A stretch of DNA of 64,000 nt, from the NCBI GenBank assembly GCA_951406725.2, contig OX597820.1:123132001-123196000 (forward strand), read 5' to 3'. The notes under the pieces were generated by a model. That model had not been told where the DNA came from, ran no database searches, and saw nothing but the letters and a program-made list of their open reading frames with translations. Of the stretch, positions 13,512-26,499 are shown in pieces. This DNA comes from Octopus vulgaris (Eukaryota). How positions within the stretch are numbered: position 1 is the first letter of the stretch; each line of letters begins with the position of its first letter. Both the position numbers and the translations under genes were made by a program.

Positions 13512-15129
13512 ACACTCCACACACTCCACACACACATATCCACACACACGTATAGACAAATATGGATACACATATACATATATGTAGATTCTTTTCATGT
13601 GTTTTCTAGGCTTCCTTTAGAATCTAAAGTTTAGATTAAATAAATAAACATTATTTACGAAACTGTTACGTTGTAAAGTTTTATATTTCTTTGGTTTCTA
13701 TTTTATTTGTTTATTTTCTCTTTATCTTTAAGAATTATGATTTTTGCGTTGGCAATTATTTGAGCAAAAACATTAGATTATATATATCTCTTTTTTTAAT
13801 GCATTACAGCTCGTGAAGAAGTTTAGATATTCGGAATACACTGAAGATGGAAACCTTGTAGTCGAAGGCGAAAATTTGTACTCGCATTAATTTTCGCCAC
13901 TAGTGTAGAGTTAAGTGTGAACTTTTACCCTTTATGTAAACAAAGTACTTGTATTCTCTCGACTCATTTCGATTTGATAGAGTACGAACGAATTGAGAGA
14001 GAGATTTTGTTCTTGTTGTTTTGCCAGAGTAAATATGATTTGAAGTCATTAACCAGATTTCAATTTTAACAATTTCATGCGTTTTGTTTCTGACATTATA
14101 CCTATAACAAAAATATGTAATGTTTACACCTATGACAACGATATGTAATGTTTCAGCCAGTTAAAAGTTACTGAATCAAAACTATTCTAGTACTAGCCAT
14201 TCTGTCTCATTTTCAACCATTGTGCACCGACAGTATTCAATATGTTCCATCGTTTCTGAGTGTTGTAGGACGCTTGTTGAGAGAGATTGGGTTCTTATTT
14301 CTATCAGATCCAGTGACTACGTACAGATAAGCCATGTTGGAGTAATACCTCGCGAGCCATTCGTTCTGCTAGGAATAATAACCAACTTTCCTTCAAATAA
14401 CAACCTGAATCCTTAAAGAACCCAACGGCTAGAGTAAATGATTTGGATGGGTCTATAAGTGAAAATAAGTTGGGGTGGTCAGTGCTTTGATTACAGGTCT
14501 AATTGATAAGGGTTTGATTACAGATCAGCAAGAAGAAACCTAAACAACAACATAAAGATGCCTGCACGGACTTGATGGGAGCGACGCGTAATGAATGAGT
14601 GTCGTGTTACCTTTCAAAACATACATTCAAATTTCTCATTTGAATTTGTACCAAGCTAGCAGTGTTTCCAATACAACCAAGTCTTGCAAGAGTTACTGCC
14701 ACTGAATTTACAAGGTTTTATGTATGTAGGAATCTTCAACTTCACCAAGACTCTCTGGGAAATTAGGCATAATTGTGTAACGGGAAGCATCCCCTTGATG
14801 TTCCGCAATAATTACAAATACACACTATGCCGAAATAAAGACCCAATTTCATATCGATAGCAGATGGAAGGGGCATTTTTCAATAACTTCATATTCAATA
14901 ATAATCTGAGGATAACTGAATTGTAGCGATCATTAAATTATCGGCGGTTATTATAATGGCCGATATATCTAACTACTAAATAACCTGGTCAGTTTGCAAA
15001 TTATAATATTAATAGTATCAGCCTGTAGTTGCAGTCATAAGATGTAGTACATTTGTAGTGAGAATCGCATATTGTTAACATTTTCTATTTAACTCAAATT
15101 CTTCTGTGACTAAAGTTTAGTATGAGATC

Positions 15130-15370
15130 AAAAAAGACTTATAAACCTGGTTTTTCGGATTCTGTAGCGTATATATTCACTCAACTCTGCCCGCTGGACG
15201 GGACATTAACCCGACACAAGACTACTCATTTTTCCTTGCTGAATGGACTGAAGTAACGTGATATAAAGTATCTTTTCACGAACAAAACGCATCACCTGCT
15301 CCATGAAGCAAAACTACAATTCTTCAGTCATGGACGCAATGCCCCAACCACTAAGCCACGCACCTCCTCT
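15130..15370 (-). mobile_element. old degenerate SINE (similar copy at ~49510-49745)
   Basis: CTGGACGGGAC block and CCCCAACCACTAAGCCACGCACCTC tRNA-like head, shared with the family-B SINEs. Confidence 0.45.
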
Positions 15371-16178
15371 TAATATGAGTTAGGGACCGTAAAACTGGTT
15401 TCCCATAATGCACTTCATGAACTGCCTAATGAAGAGTTGAAATTGCCAAGATAATTTAGGAAACAATGACGGTATACCAGAAGATTCTCTGAGTCTCCAA
15501 GCAAAATACTTTATTCGGTGTTTCCTACACAGGAATATTCATCTTAGATCTATTTAATACTATATGGACCGGATTTATGTCTCATTCTTTTAGTTGCATA
15601 GGATTGTGGAATAAGTTATTTACTTGAAGTGAGTTTCAAATATTCGAAAATTTATAGGAAAATTAATGCAAATGTGTTGTCATAATTATACGGATCTTAC
15701 AAACTGACTTACAATTAGTTTCATCTCACTCAGATTGAGTTCAGATAAATTGGTATCACTTTCAGCTTTTATCCTTCAGGTATCGGCAACAGCAGTGCCA
15801 GTAAGCCGCTGATGTCTATTTAATACCATACTATTATCTTCTATATATTTCTAGGAATCCCGGATTCAGTGTCACAAATCTGTATTCACCAAATTGTTTT
15901 CGAATATTACATTTGAGAGACATGCTTCCTAATAGCGGGAAATAAACTCATAATTGCCAAGACGCTGTTCACTCTCAGCTAAAAACCAATATTTTGCAGA
16001 TTATTCATGAATGATAAACCCCACCAAAATTATTTCTAATAATATTTTAATAAGCCACTCGCTACACTTTGTTGGCGATGGTGTTCATTCCATTAACATC
16101 ACACTTTCTATCTAAATTTTTATATAAAGCGCAATATCTTTTATACTTTGATTAATGTTGGGTGAGGTGATGCTAACG

Positions 16179-16215
<37 letters not shown>

Positions 16216-16496
16216 TATAGTCATTATAGTATATAGTCATATATACTATAGTCATTATAGTTTGAACAATTAGAGAAATTCCTTCCTAAGCATTTGAACA
16301 TTCTTTTAATCAACGTACCCCTCCCTCTCTACTTGTTCCCTACTTATTATTCCTTTAACCCTTCTCTTCCTACTATCTAACTTTGACGTCAATTCTACTA
16401 ACGGTTTTTTTTAAACACTTATCATCGTTTTGTTTACCATGTAGGCAGTCATCGCAATTATTGTCTTCTCTTGTTGTTGAGAGAGAGACTCCCTTT

Positions 16497-16578
16497 CTTT
16501 CCTGATGAGAAGATTGCATCTTGCACCGTTTATTCCTTTGGAATAAAACCATGTTGTCTTCGAAACATATGTCGAGAG
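16497..16578 (+). ncRNA. type-I hammerhead ribozyme, canonical core, in a PLE 3' UTR fragment
   Basis: CTTTC-CTGATGA-GAAGATTGCAT..ATGTTGTCTTC-GAAA-CATATG-TC-GAGAG. Helix I has 5 bp, helix II is long, helix III is the palindrome ACATATGT, and the GUC site is at 16571-16573. Confidence 0.85.
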
Positions 16579-16790
16579 TAAAGGAATTTTGTTAACATCT
16601 TCGTTCAACTCCATTTATTTATGTATTCATATATAACACACAAATTTCTGCACATGAACCCGGAGTTTCTACTCTTGGAAAGGTCGCTTCAACCGTGTTT
16701 CTGACGTTAATTTTCTACCCTGGTATCGGTTGATCGAATTTTCCATGTTGACGGTAAACATAGGATAATTAATTCACCTATCGAAAAAAA

Positions 16791-16827
<37 letters not shown>

Positions 16828-16872
16828 TAGAGAGAGAGAGAGAGAGAGAGAAAGAGAGGAGATAGATAGATA

Positions 16873-16927
<55 letters not shown>

Positions 16928-16928
16928 T

Positions 16929-16990
<62 letters not shown>

Positions 16991-17522
16991 TGATAGATAG
17001 ATAGATATGCATACATACATACGCATACCTCTGTGTGTGTGATTTTGTTTTTCTATACACGCCACACTACAAGAAACATTGGATTATTTTGATGCGATAT
17101 GATATTCTATATTTTAGAAGGAAGGAACCTATGGAGCTATGGGTTTTATACTTTTTTCGTGGTTTATGTGATAAGTAGTCCAGCCTAAATTGAAACCACC
17201 TAGGTTCAATCCAGCAGTTGATTTCTTAAAACAGTACGGTATGAATCATGAGAGAATTATCTACTATTTCTAGCATGTCAAGCGACTAAGTGTAGGTTCC
17301 TTCAATTCTCACCGAGGTCAGTTTTGTTGGCAAAACAATAACAGTTCGTTACTGCTGCTGATTTAATCGATTAATGGCCTGTCCCAAATTTCTTTCAGTG
17401 TTAGAAAGTATCGTTAGCACTATTTTGAGTATCGTGGATTAGCAGAATTATTTGACCCCTTATGCTCTGAGCTCGAATCCCACTGAGATCATCTTGCCGG
17501 AGTTGAATGATATAAATTATCT

Positions 17523-17860
17523 GCCTGGCACCTTGAGCAAGTGTCTTCTAACACAGCCCCTGTCCGACCAAGGCCTTGTGAGTGGACTCGACAGACGAAA
17601 ACTGAAAGAAGCCCGTCGTATATATGTATGTTTATATATGTGCGTGTGTGCATGTGTCTGTTTGTCCTCCCCACCACCACAGCTTGTCAGTCGGTGTTGG
17701 TGTGCTTACGTCCTCGTAACTTAGTGATCCGGCAAGACCCGAAAGAATAAGAATCAGGCTTCAACAATAAGTACTGCGGTACATACAGTCAACTAAAAAT
17801 TCCTCAAGCGGTGCCCCAGCATGGCTTCAGTCTAATGACTGAAACAAGTAGAAAATAAAG
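17523..17860 (+). mobile_element. diverged family-A SINE
   Basis: GGCACCTTGAGCAAGTGTCTTCT ... GCGGTGCCCCAGCATGGC..TGACTGAAACAAGTA. Confidence 0.75.
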
Positions 17861-17930
17861 ATTAGAAGATTCCCTGACTCTTGAAGCATTGTGTCTGGGT
17901 AAAAAAGCATGTCTCACGTTTAGCCTAGTG

Positions 17931-18256
17931 CAGGGGTCCTCAGCCATTTCTTGACGTAGCTAGTCAATGTTTAAAAACTAGTTTCATAGGTAATTCTTTC
18001 AAAATTCCTGCTTTTCGTTTTGTTCTTTGTGTTTTTTCTTTCATACATTGGTTTGTGTAGGTTGAACAGTGTAAAATATTAGAGAAACATAACTGTTTCT
18101 TGCAATGCATACCAATACATACATCTAAAGCAAAACTTTTTTCAATTGCCCTTAAAATATTATTGTGGATGCTTAATTTACTATTCTGTTGCATGGACAC
18201 TCAAACATCTTATATGAACCTTCAGGAGCCATACGGACTACAGTTGAGAACCATTG
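17931..18256. mobile_element. hAT (Charlie-like) MITE, older
   Basis: Termini CAGGGGTCCTCAGC / GTTGAGAACCATTG; flanks GCCTAGTG and GTCTAGAG (6/8 match). Confidence 0.6.
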
Positions 18257-18264
18257 GTCTAGAG

Positions 18265-18465
18265 CAGTGGGTTTCAACCAGGGTTCCGCCAGCACAGTCC
18301 AGGGGTTCCGCAAGAAGTTACAAAACTGCTAAAATCGGCAGTAATTTTTAATTCTCCTGTGCAGATATGTGTGTATAAGACTATTAAATTATTGCACAGG
18401 GGTTCCTCGAGCCAGTGGAATGTTTCCTTGGGGTTCCGCTCCAGCAAAAAGTTTGAAAAGCACTG
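18265..18465. mobile_element. hAT (Charlie-like) MITE with perfect 8-bp TSD
   Basis: CAGTGGGTTTCAAC...TTTGAAAAGCACTG; TSD GTCTAGAG at 18257-18264 and 18466-18473; internal GGGGTTCC repeats. Confidence 0.85.
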
Positions 18466-19028
18466 GTCTAGAGAATGGCTACATTATTTGATTGAAAGGT
18501 ACAATTTTTAGTGGTATTAATTAAATCAGAAATAATTCTTATCCCGTCAATGATCGGTGCTTGAGAAATACAATATCAGTCAAGTTCTAAAGTGAAGTTA
18601 ATATAATACCGACACATAAATTCATGCTTCTGCATCGATATTATAAACTATTATTTACTCTGGTAGATAAGTCAATCAGTTATTTCTGATTCTATTTCTC
18701 TGCATGTTGGTTACAAGTACAGTTCACAACATTTCTAACATCAGGAATGTCAAGAGAATGTCTGGAACTCGGTGGACTTTGTTTTCGTGCATCTTTTTGT
18801 CGCCAATTTCCATCTTCAGTTATTCTACAAAATATTTAAATTTATACACACATATACACACACGTATGATATATGCATGCATATTCGCATATTCGTAGAC
18901 GGACAGTAATACAGAGATCCATATTGCCTATCTATCCATCTACACAAATAGATAGATAGATACATACATAGATTGATTGATTGATTGATGGTTACGAGCA
19001 AGCAAAAAATAAACACACGTCTTTACAT

Positions 19029-19409
19029 GTGGAAGCACTCCGTCGGTTACGACGACGAGGGTTCCGGTTGATCCGACCAACGGAACAGCCTGCTCGTGAA
19101 ATTAACGTGTAAGTGGCTGAGCACTCCACAGACACGTGTACCCTTAACGTAGTTCTCGGGGATATTCGGCGTGACACAGAGAGTGACAAGGCCGGCCCTT
19201 TGAAATACAGGTACAACAGAAACATGAAGAAAGAGTGAGAGAAAGTTGTGGTGAAAGAGTACAGCAGGGATCACCACCATCCCCTGCCGGAGCCTCGTGG
19301 AGCTTTAGGTGTTTTCGCTCAATAAACACTCACAACGCCTGGTCTGGGAATCGAAACCGCGACCCTACGACCGCGAGTCCACTGCCCTAACCACTGGGCC
19401 ATTGCGCCT
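19029..19409 (-). mobile_element. tRNA-headed SINE, family B1, 13-bp TSD
   Basis: Head TGGCCCAGTGG..GGTTTCGATTCCC; TSD CACGTCTTTACAT at 19016-19028 and 19410-19422. Confidence 0.9.
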
Positions 19410-19421
19410 CACGTCTTTACA

Positions 19422-19546
<125 letters not shown>

Positions 19547-20376
19547 AGTGCGTTTGTTTGCTTGAGTTTGTATATGTATTTGTGTGCGTGTATGTGAATG
19601 AGAAAAAGAGAGAATGATTGCAACAAAGAATGACAAAAAGCGTATTTGCTTCTTTTTGATTCGGTGTAACTGAATTGCCCTCCGACCTAACGTGTCATGA
19701 TACAAAAAAGTTAAAAATTGCTCCATAAAAAAGGCTAAAATTTTCGCAGTAAAAGTACCTGGCTTTTGCATTAAATCACATCTGAACATTTATATACGAT
19801 ATGAATTTATGACACGTCAGCCACGATGTCATTGGTGAAGCTGTTCCTTCATTTATTATCTACATCGTAGATGTGTGTGTGTGTGTCTTTGTGTGTGTGT
19901 GTGGTAGGGCGTGGGAGTGTGTATTTATACGTGATTTTAGTGTATCTGTAGTATGTGTCAGAACTTAGAAAGCTGCGCGAATAGAACAGGTAAGAAGTTT
20001 CTAATTTGTCTGTTTTAATGCCCTGTGTCAGCAGTCAAAATACTTAATAGCCAATCGGCTGAGTTCTTCTAAATCTAAATAAATAGGATAGAACATTGTA
20101 AACCAAGACAGAAAGCAGTGGAAGCACGTGAAAGTTGACGTGAGGTCAATTGTCTTTTACAACTGATTTCAATACCTACTTGCAGCTTGTGAAAGAGTGG
20201 ATATTGTTATACGATGCCTGCGTCAACAACGAGGAGAAACGAAACGACAGCGTTGTTGCTCACCGAAGTAGAGGAATATAAAGAAAAGTGGCATCTGTAA
20301 ATTGAAACAAAATTTAACGGTAGAAAATACAAATAAATTGATACGGGTGATTTACCACTGGATATTGTACGGACAT

Positions 20377-20605
20377 CGGTGAGCTGGCAGAAATGTTGGC
20401 ACGCCGGGCGAAAGGCTTAGCAGTATTTCGTCTGCCGCTACGTTCTGAGTTCAAATTCCGCCGAGGTCCACTTTGCCTTTCATCCTTTCGGGGTCGATTA
20501 AATAAGTACCAGTTACGCACTGGAGTCGATGTAATCGACTTAGTCCGTTTGTCTGTCCTTGTTTGTCCTCTCTGTGTTTAGCCCCTTGTGGGTAGTAAAG
20601 AAATA
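20377..20605 (+). mobile_element. SINE family C with a Nin/Deu-like core
   Basis: GGTGAGCTGGCAGAA..GAGTTCAAATTCC, then GCCGAGGTC.ACTTTGCCTTTCATCCTTTCGGGGTCGATTAAATAAGTACC. Other copies at 26198, 35058 and 35705. Confidence 0.8.
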
Positions 20606-20854
20606 TATATATGTATGTATGTATGTATTTATGTATGTATGTATGTATGAATGTATATATAAAAGTATGTATGAATGTATGCATGCATGTATGTATGTAT
20701 GTGTATGTGTTTTTTCCAGTTATTACAAATAGCACGGAAAAAATAAGCAGTTACCAGGGTACCAAAAATTACACATTCAATAACTATTAACATCTTGACA
20801 ATTGTCGATTTGTGATTCTAAACATGTAATTAAGATAATATTTTTAGTGCCGAA

Positions 20855-21415
20855 AGGTAGCTTGATGTCAGAAACGTTAGCACGTCGAGCGAGAGGCTCA
20901 GCGGTATTTCGTCTGTCTTTACGTTCTGAGTTCTAATTCCGCCGAGGTCGACTTTGCCTTTCATCCTTTCGGGGTCGATTAAATACGTACCAGTAAATCA
21001 CTGGGGTCGATATAATCGACTTAATCCGTTTGTCTGTCTTTGTTTGTTTCCTCTGTGTTTAGCCCCTTGTGGGTAGTAAAGAAGTAGGTACTTCGTCTGT
21101 CTATACGTTCTGAGTTCTAATTCCGCCGAAGTAGACTTTGCTTTTCATCCTTTCGGGGTCGATAAATTAAGTACTAGTTGCATACTGGGATCGATCTAAT
21201 TGGCTGGCCACCTCCTTAAAAATTTCGAGCCTTTTGCCTAAAGTAGAAAAGAATTGCTTAGCGGTATTTCGTCTGTCTTTATGTTCTAAGTTCAAATTCC
21301 GACGAGGTCGACTTTGCATTTCATCCTTTTGGGGTCGATAAATTACTGCGTACTGTGGTCGATCTAATCGACTGGCCCCTTCCCCCAAAAGTTTCGGGCT
21401 TTGTGTAGAAAAGAA
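20855..21415 (+). mobile_element. head-to-tail trimer of family-C SINE units
   Basis: The TTCGTCTGTC..GTTCT.AGTTC.AATTCC..ACTTTGC.TTTCATCCTTT.GGGGTCGAT core recurs at ~20908, ~21092 and ~21268. Confidence 0.8.
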
Positions 21416-22160
21416 TATCTTTAGTACTAAAGTTCCTGATTCTGCTACAGAAAGCTATTATAAAATCCATGAAAATTTGCTCCTTCTGGCAAATCTTTAT
21501 ATGTCTAGAATGTCATATCACGTCCTCCTACGTTCCATACTTGAAAAATAGTCATTAAAGTCTATTTAAGAGCATATAGAATTCATGCAGCTGATCTGTT
21601 ATATCTCTATAATGTCTGATGACATTTAAAGCCAAGCGATTCCATTGTATATATTAGTTTGTTGAGCTCCGAAGACAGAATTTTCAGTCTAAAAATTCAT
21701 AGATACAAATCGAATTGAGAAAACTCCTTACTCTTCATCAAATACTCGATGTCTCCAATTGTTTTCTGTATCACTACAGTTAAGTGTTCGCGTGGCAAAC
21801 AATGTAACATAAGACTTAGAATTCTATTTTAAGTGAATTTTTGCTCGTAAGCATATTTGTGAATTTCAATCCACCAGTTAAATCTTAATAAGATAGGAGT
21901 GAAACAAACTTGCAAAATATCTCATACATATAATTGCTTCCACATTCAAGTGCGTGTGTGTATCTGTCTGAGTCTGTGTGTCTGTATGTGTCTTTATTTT
22001 GGCACTCAGACCACTAAACACAGAGAAGGACACTACAAGGACGGACACAACACCACAGTGGGGACAATAAACATAAAACGAATGAGTATGAATATTATAT
22101 AATAATACACACATACTTACATATACCTATATATATATTATTATTTTGTGTGTGTGTGTA

Positions 22161-22207
<47 letters not shown>

Positions 22208-22499
22208 GTGTGTGTATGTGCATGTGTGTACTCACTTTTAAGTTTATCTCAATATATTTTCTATAGAATTCAGAGTAGTCCCTGCAAGCTATTTCGTTTC
22301 ATATACGAATACGTAATGTAAATGAATATGTCAATGTAAACAATGTGATCGAAGAGAGAAAAATTAGGTTAAGAATACTATAGCAGTAACTTATAACTAA
22401 CACAGAAAGGGTTTTGATGCTTATAGTCTTGTTTTTTCGGATTGAGCTCTGTTTTAAGAATACATACATACATACATACATACATAAACACATACATAC

Positions 22500-22866
22500 A
22501 TGATGGCTGCCCCTCGTTATCGAGTATGGCCATTGCACGAAGCTTAACTGTTACTGGAGCTGTGATCGAATGTGACTTTTTAGCACAACCAAAGATCTAC
22601 AATGTCATGTATAGAATTGGCAACTAAAACCTTTACTGGTAATAGCCGGCTGTAGTTGTAACTGGGCTTCATGTATCGTTGCATGTTTTTAAGTCCTCCT
22701 GCCGAATTACACTCTCTTCCACATGCCCGACAGATAAGATTAGTATGGTGTGTAACACCACCACCGGTGGCCAGGTTGCCACTCATCTATCTCGCTTTAT
22801 GACTACGAAGATGTCTCTTTAGTCCAGCTTTACTGAGGCTAGGTCTTGCACGGACACTGCATGTCA
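22500..22866 (-). pseudogene. 3' end of an RTE-type LINE with degenerate C2H2 fingers and a (ATGT)n tail
   Basis: TCSVRARPSLSKAGLKRHLRSH, ICRACGRECNSAGGLK and VLKSHIRS; terminus GCAATGGCCATACTCGATAACGAGGGGCAGCC followed by (ATGT)n. Confidence 0.7.
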
Positions 22867-22895
22867 TATACGCACATATATACACACATACATAC

Positions 22896-22926
<31 letters not shown>

Positions 22927-23819
22927 CATACATACATACATACATACATACATACATGCATGCATGCATGCATTTACTATCATTCTGCTTTACTCAGCAC
23001 ATTCACTCCTTTTACACTCTTTCGTACTTTTTCCCTTTCGTCCTTCTTTATTTTTCGTCTTTCCGCATCTCGTTAATTGTTTCTGTTTTTCTGATTCTCC
23101 TTATTCAGTTCATATATTTTTTTCTTTCTTTTATGACACTCGTTCATTTGTGTCTGCGAATCGTTTTCTCTTTCTCATCAACTATGTCTCCTCTTTCTAT
23201 TTACAAATCCCTTCATCATTTCCTTCTCTTCCCTCCTTGTCTCCGTTATCTTCTTCGTTGTTTCTTTTTCAATTGTTCTTTTTTATTCCTCACCTGCCCG
23301 ACCTGTACAAAATTTATTATCGTCAAAGTAACATAGTAAAAGCATTCGCACTTTAAATCAATTCTTCATCCAATTACAGAGTCATTGCTTCATTAAGTTT
23401 CATTTAATTGAATTGTCATTACCGCTTTTAGTCTTAAACACTAAATTTAGTAAGCTGCTGATGGAACTTGCGTTAAATCAAGATGTGTAAGACCAACACA
23501 CAGTGCGAATGAAATGTCCACAAACCACGAATGAGATGTCTTCAAAACACAGTGGGAAAATATATATCATTACCACAAACACCGCTGCAAACGTCAAATC
23601 GGAGGTAAAAAAAAAGAACACAATATCCCGTTCCATTCGCCAATGCCACAACAACGACTTCTTTCAAGCCGAAAATCACTGCAAAAGAGCGAGCACATTT
23701 GTAGAAATTAAATAAGGAAGATTGCTTCAAAAGAGTTGGTTACATTGCACACAATTTGTTGAGTTCGTTATGCAAATGAGAATGTTGCGATTCTACCTAC
23801 TAGAAATAGTAGCAAAATG

Positions 23820-24115
23820 GGATCTTTTCGGTTTGAACGGCAGTTTTTAAAAGAATTTCTAGGTAACTAAAAAATGTTAAACTTCGTATACTGGTAGAAT
23901 GTGTTTATAAAACATCTTTTTCTCTTGGCTTTATTGAGAAAATTCTATAGTTTGTAAGATATTTGTTGTTTTTTTCTTCAATTTCTGCAATTTCAACCAA
24001 TGACGTCTGTTGAGGTAAAAAAAACATTCTGTGCCGTATGAATATGTTCCTCGTTTAAGAAACAGATTGGGTTTATTTACATTTGTGAAGAAAAAAAGAC
24101 ACCCTTCCACCCATC
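23820..24115 (+). mobile_element. truncated copy of the GGATC-TIR MITE
   Basis: Starts GGATCTTTTCGGTTTGAACGGCAGTTTT and follows the 51294 and 53968 copies until just before their CCCTAA tract. Confidence 0.8.
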
Positions 24116-24414
24116 CAGATATTTTATTAGTATCCTCAATTACCTTTGGGTTAAGTTTGCGGAAACATTGCCTGTTTCAAACTCTATCGACTGCAACTAC
24201 TTTGGCAACCAATGTTTACTCCTAAAGACGATGAATTAGTACACAATGGTGATGCAATACTTGCAATGTAGAGGTTTCACACTTTGCACCAGTTACCAAT
24301 ATTGCACCACTCCCCTACAGTAATTTCAAGTATTTGACAAAATGAAGAAAACTATTGAAAAAACAAAGAAAGAAAAAAAAATTCGATTTACTGAAAAACA
24401 AGAGAACATAAAAG

Positions 24415-25073
24415 GGTACTACTTGAGAACAGTGGTCCCGGTGCGCGCACTCGCGTACTCGCGCTAGCTAGTCATGACTAATCGATCCTTACTTTGTTTT
24501 AAAAATTATTTACTTTGTGTTTTATTTACTTTACTCTTTACTCTTTTACTTGTTTCAGTCATTTGACTGCGGCCATGCTGGAGCACCGCCTTTAATCGAG
24601 CAACTCGACCCCGGGACTTATTCTTTGTAAGCCCAGTACTTATTCTATTGGTCTCTTTGGCCAAACCGCTAAGTGACGGGGACATAAACACACCAGCATC
24701 GGTTGTCAAGCGATGTTGGATGGGACAAACACAGACACACAAACATACACGCACGACAGGCTTCTTTCAGTTTACGTCTACCAAATCCACTCACAAGGCT
24801 ATGGTCGGCCTGGGTCTATAGTAGAAGACACGCCCAAGGTGCCACGCAGTGGGACTGAACCCTGAACGATGTGGTTAGTAAACAAGCTACTCACTACACA
24901 GCCACTCCTACGCCTTTGTTTAACAAAAATTATTTACTTTGTGTAAAAAAAATATTTTGTCTTTTATTTACTTTGCTAGCTAGTCGTTGTAAGATCGACT
25001 AGTCACGACTAGCTAGCGTGGATGCGCGACTACGCGAGTGCGCGCACCGGGACCACTGTTCTCAAGTAGTACC
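24415..25073. mobile_element. Merlin-like MITE with long GC-rich TIRs and 8-bp TSD, interrupted by a SINE
   Basis: TIR GGTACTACTTGAGAACAGTGGTCCCGGTGCGCGCACTCGCGTA (43 bp perfect, imperfect to ~75 bp); TSD CATAAAAG at 24407-24414 and 25074-25081. Confidence 0.8.
24525..24915 (-). mobile_element. family-A SINE nested in the MITE
   Basis: Same head and tail as 9240-9633; flanked by duplicated AAAAATTATTTACTTTGTGT. Confidence 0.9.
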
Positions 25074-26197
25074 CATAAAAGCGATAATTCTAAAACCAAA
25101 AAAGTACTTCGAGCTGTTGAGAGACATAATTTGATTATAGAAAACATTTAAAAATTTTAATTTTGGAGCATATTCCCTACTTATTTGCTCATTCGTAATA
25201 GAAAACCGATTTTCAATGCCTCGCTCAAGTAATGAAGTTTAATATGTGTGTGCGTGCGTGTGCGTGCGTGTGCGTGCGTGTGCGTGCGTGTGCGTGCGTG
25301 TGCGTGCGTATGCGGGCGTTTGTGTGCGTGCGTATTGTGCGTGTGTGCCTTTATGTGATCATTAAAAGGTCATTGCTCAGTCCTGCGTTGAAAGAAAGAA
25401 TTCTTTATATGTATATGCATTCATACACATGCTCACAAGCACGCACGCACGCAAACACACGTACACACAAGCGCGCACACACACGCACAAGCACACACAT
25501 ACACACACAAGCATGCATATATACATACATACACATACATACATACATACACACACATACACACACACATACATACATACATACATACATACATACATAC
25601 ATACATACATACATACATACATACGTATACGTACGTACGTACATTACATATATATACATTTTCAGGAGTGGTATTTTTTCCCTTTTATCTTTCGTTCATA
25701 GTGGCACCAGCTACCAAAAGGAATTGCATGGAGTACTGATGTCGCTAAAGTGGGAAAAGCACTTTTGGGACCAGTAGCAAGCTGTTCTTTTTAATTGAAT
25801 AAATTGGTGTCGCTAAAGTGTAAAATCTATGATTGTTTATTACAAATAATCTATTATATTTTTTCAAGAAGTTGAGATGTTTTTAATTTGGAAGATAACC
25901 TGTTTTGTGTCGTAAAGCACTTTGCAGTACCAGTTTCTTCCTTCTCACCTCTGAACTTTGGAATTCCCTTTCACAGTCTTGTTTTCCTCTTTAATATGAC
26001 CTCCATTTGAGAATATGACCTCCATTTAACAACATCACCTCCCACTACGCCCCCCCCCCACATTCCTTTCTATTTAAGATGTAAACACTCGATAAGAGAC
26101 CGAACCTCTTTCCCTATGATCACAAAACTAAGAAACATATCTTTCCCGCCCTGTCAAAATAGGGGAGGTGAGGCACTATCATGATGGATTCAACAAA

Positions 26198-26451
26198 TAT
26201 GTTTCTTTATTACCCACAAGGGGCTAAACATAGAGGGGACAAACTAGGACAGACAAAGAGATTAAGTTGATTACATCCAGTTACGCACTGGGGTCGATGT
26301 AATCGACTTAATCCTTGGTACTTAATTTATCAACCCCGAAAGGATGAAAGGCAAAGTCGACCTCGGCGGAATTTGAACTCAGAACGTAGCGACGGGTGAA
26401 ATACGCGAAGCACTTCGCCCGGCGTGCTAACGTCTCTGCCAGCTCGCCGCC
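26198..26451 (-). mobile_element. family-C SINE
   Basis: Reverse complement of the 20377-20605 unit. Confidence 0.85.
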
Positions 26452-26499
26452 AACATATGGGCGGAGCTATGGAACACGTGACAGCTGTTGTTCGACATA

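Noticed and set aside
13834-13957. GAATACA-CTGAAGA ... TGTATTC
   Set aside because: No GAAA/helix III in the right register.
19330-19409. tRNA-like sequence (also ~9560-9633 and ~40710-40782)
   Set aside because: These are SINE heads with A/B boxes inside TSD-flanked or multi-copy elements, without a full cloverleaf.
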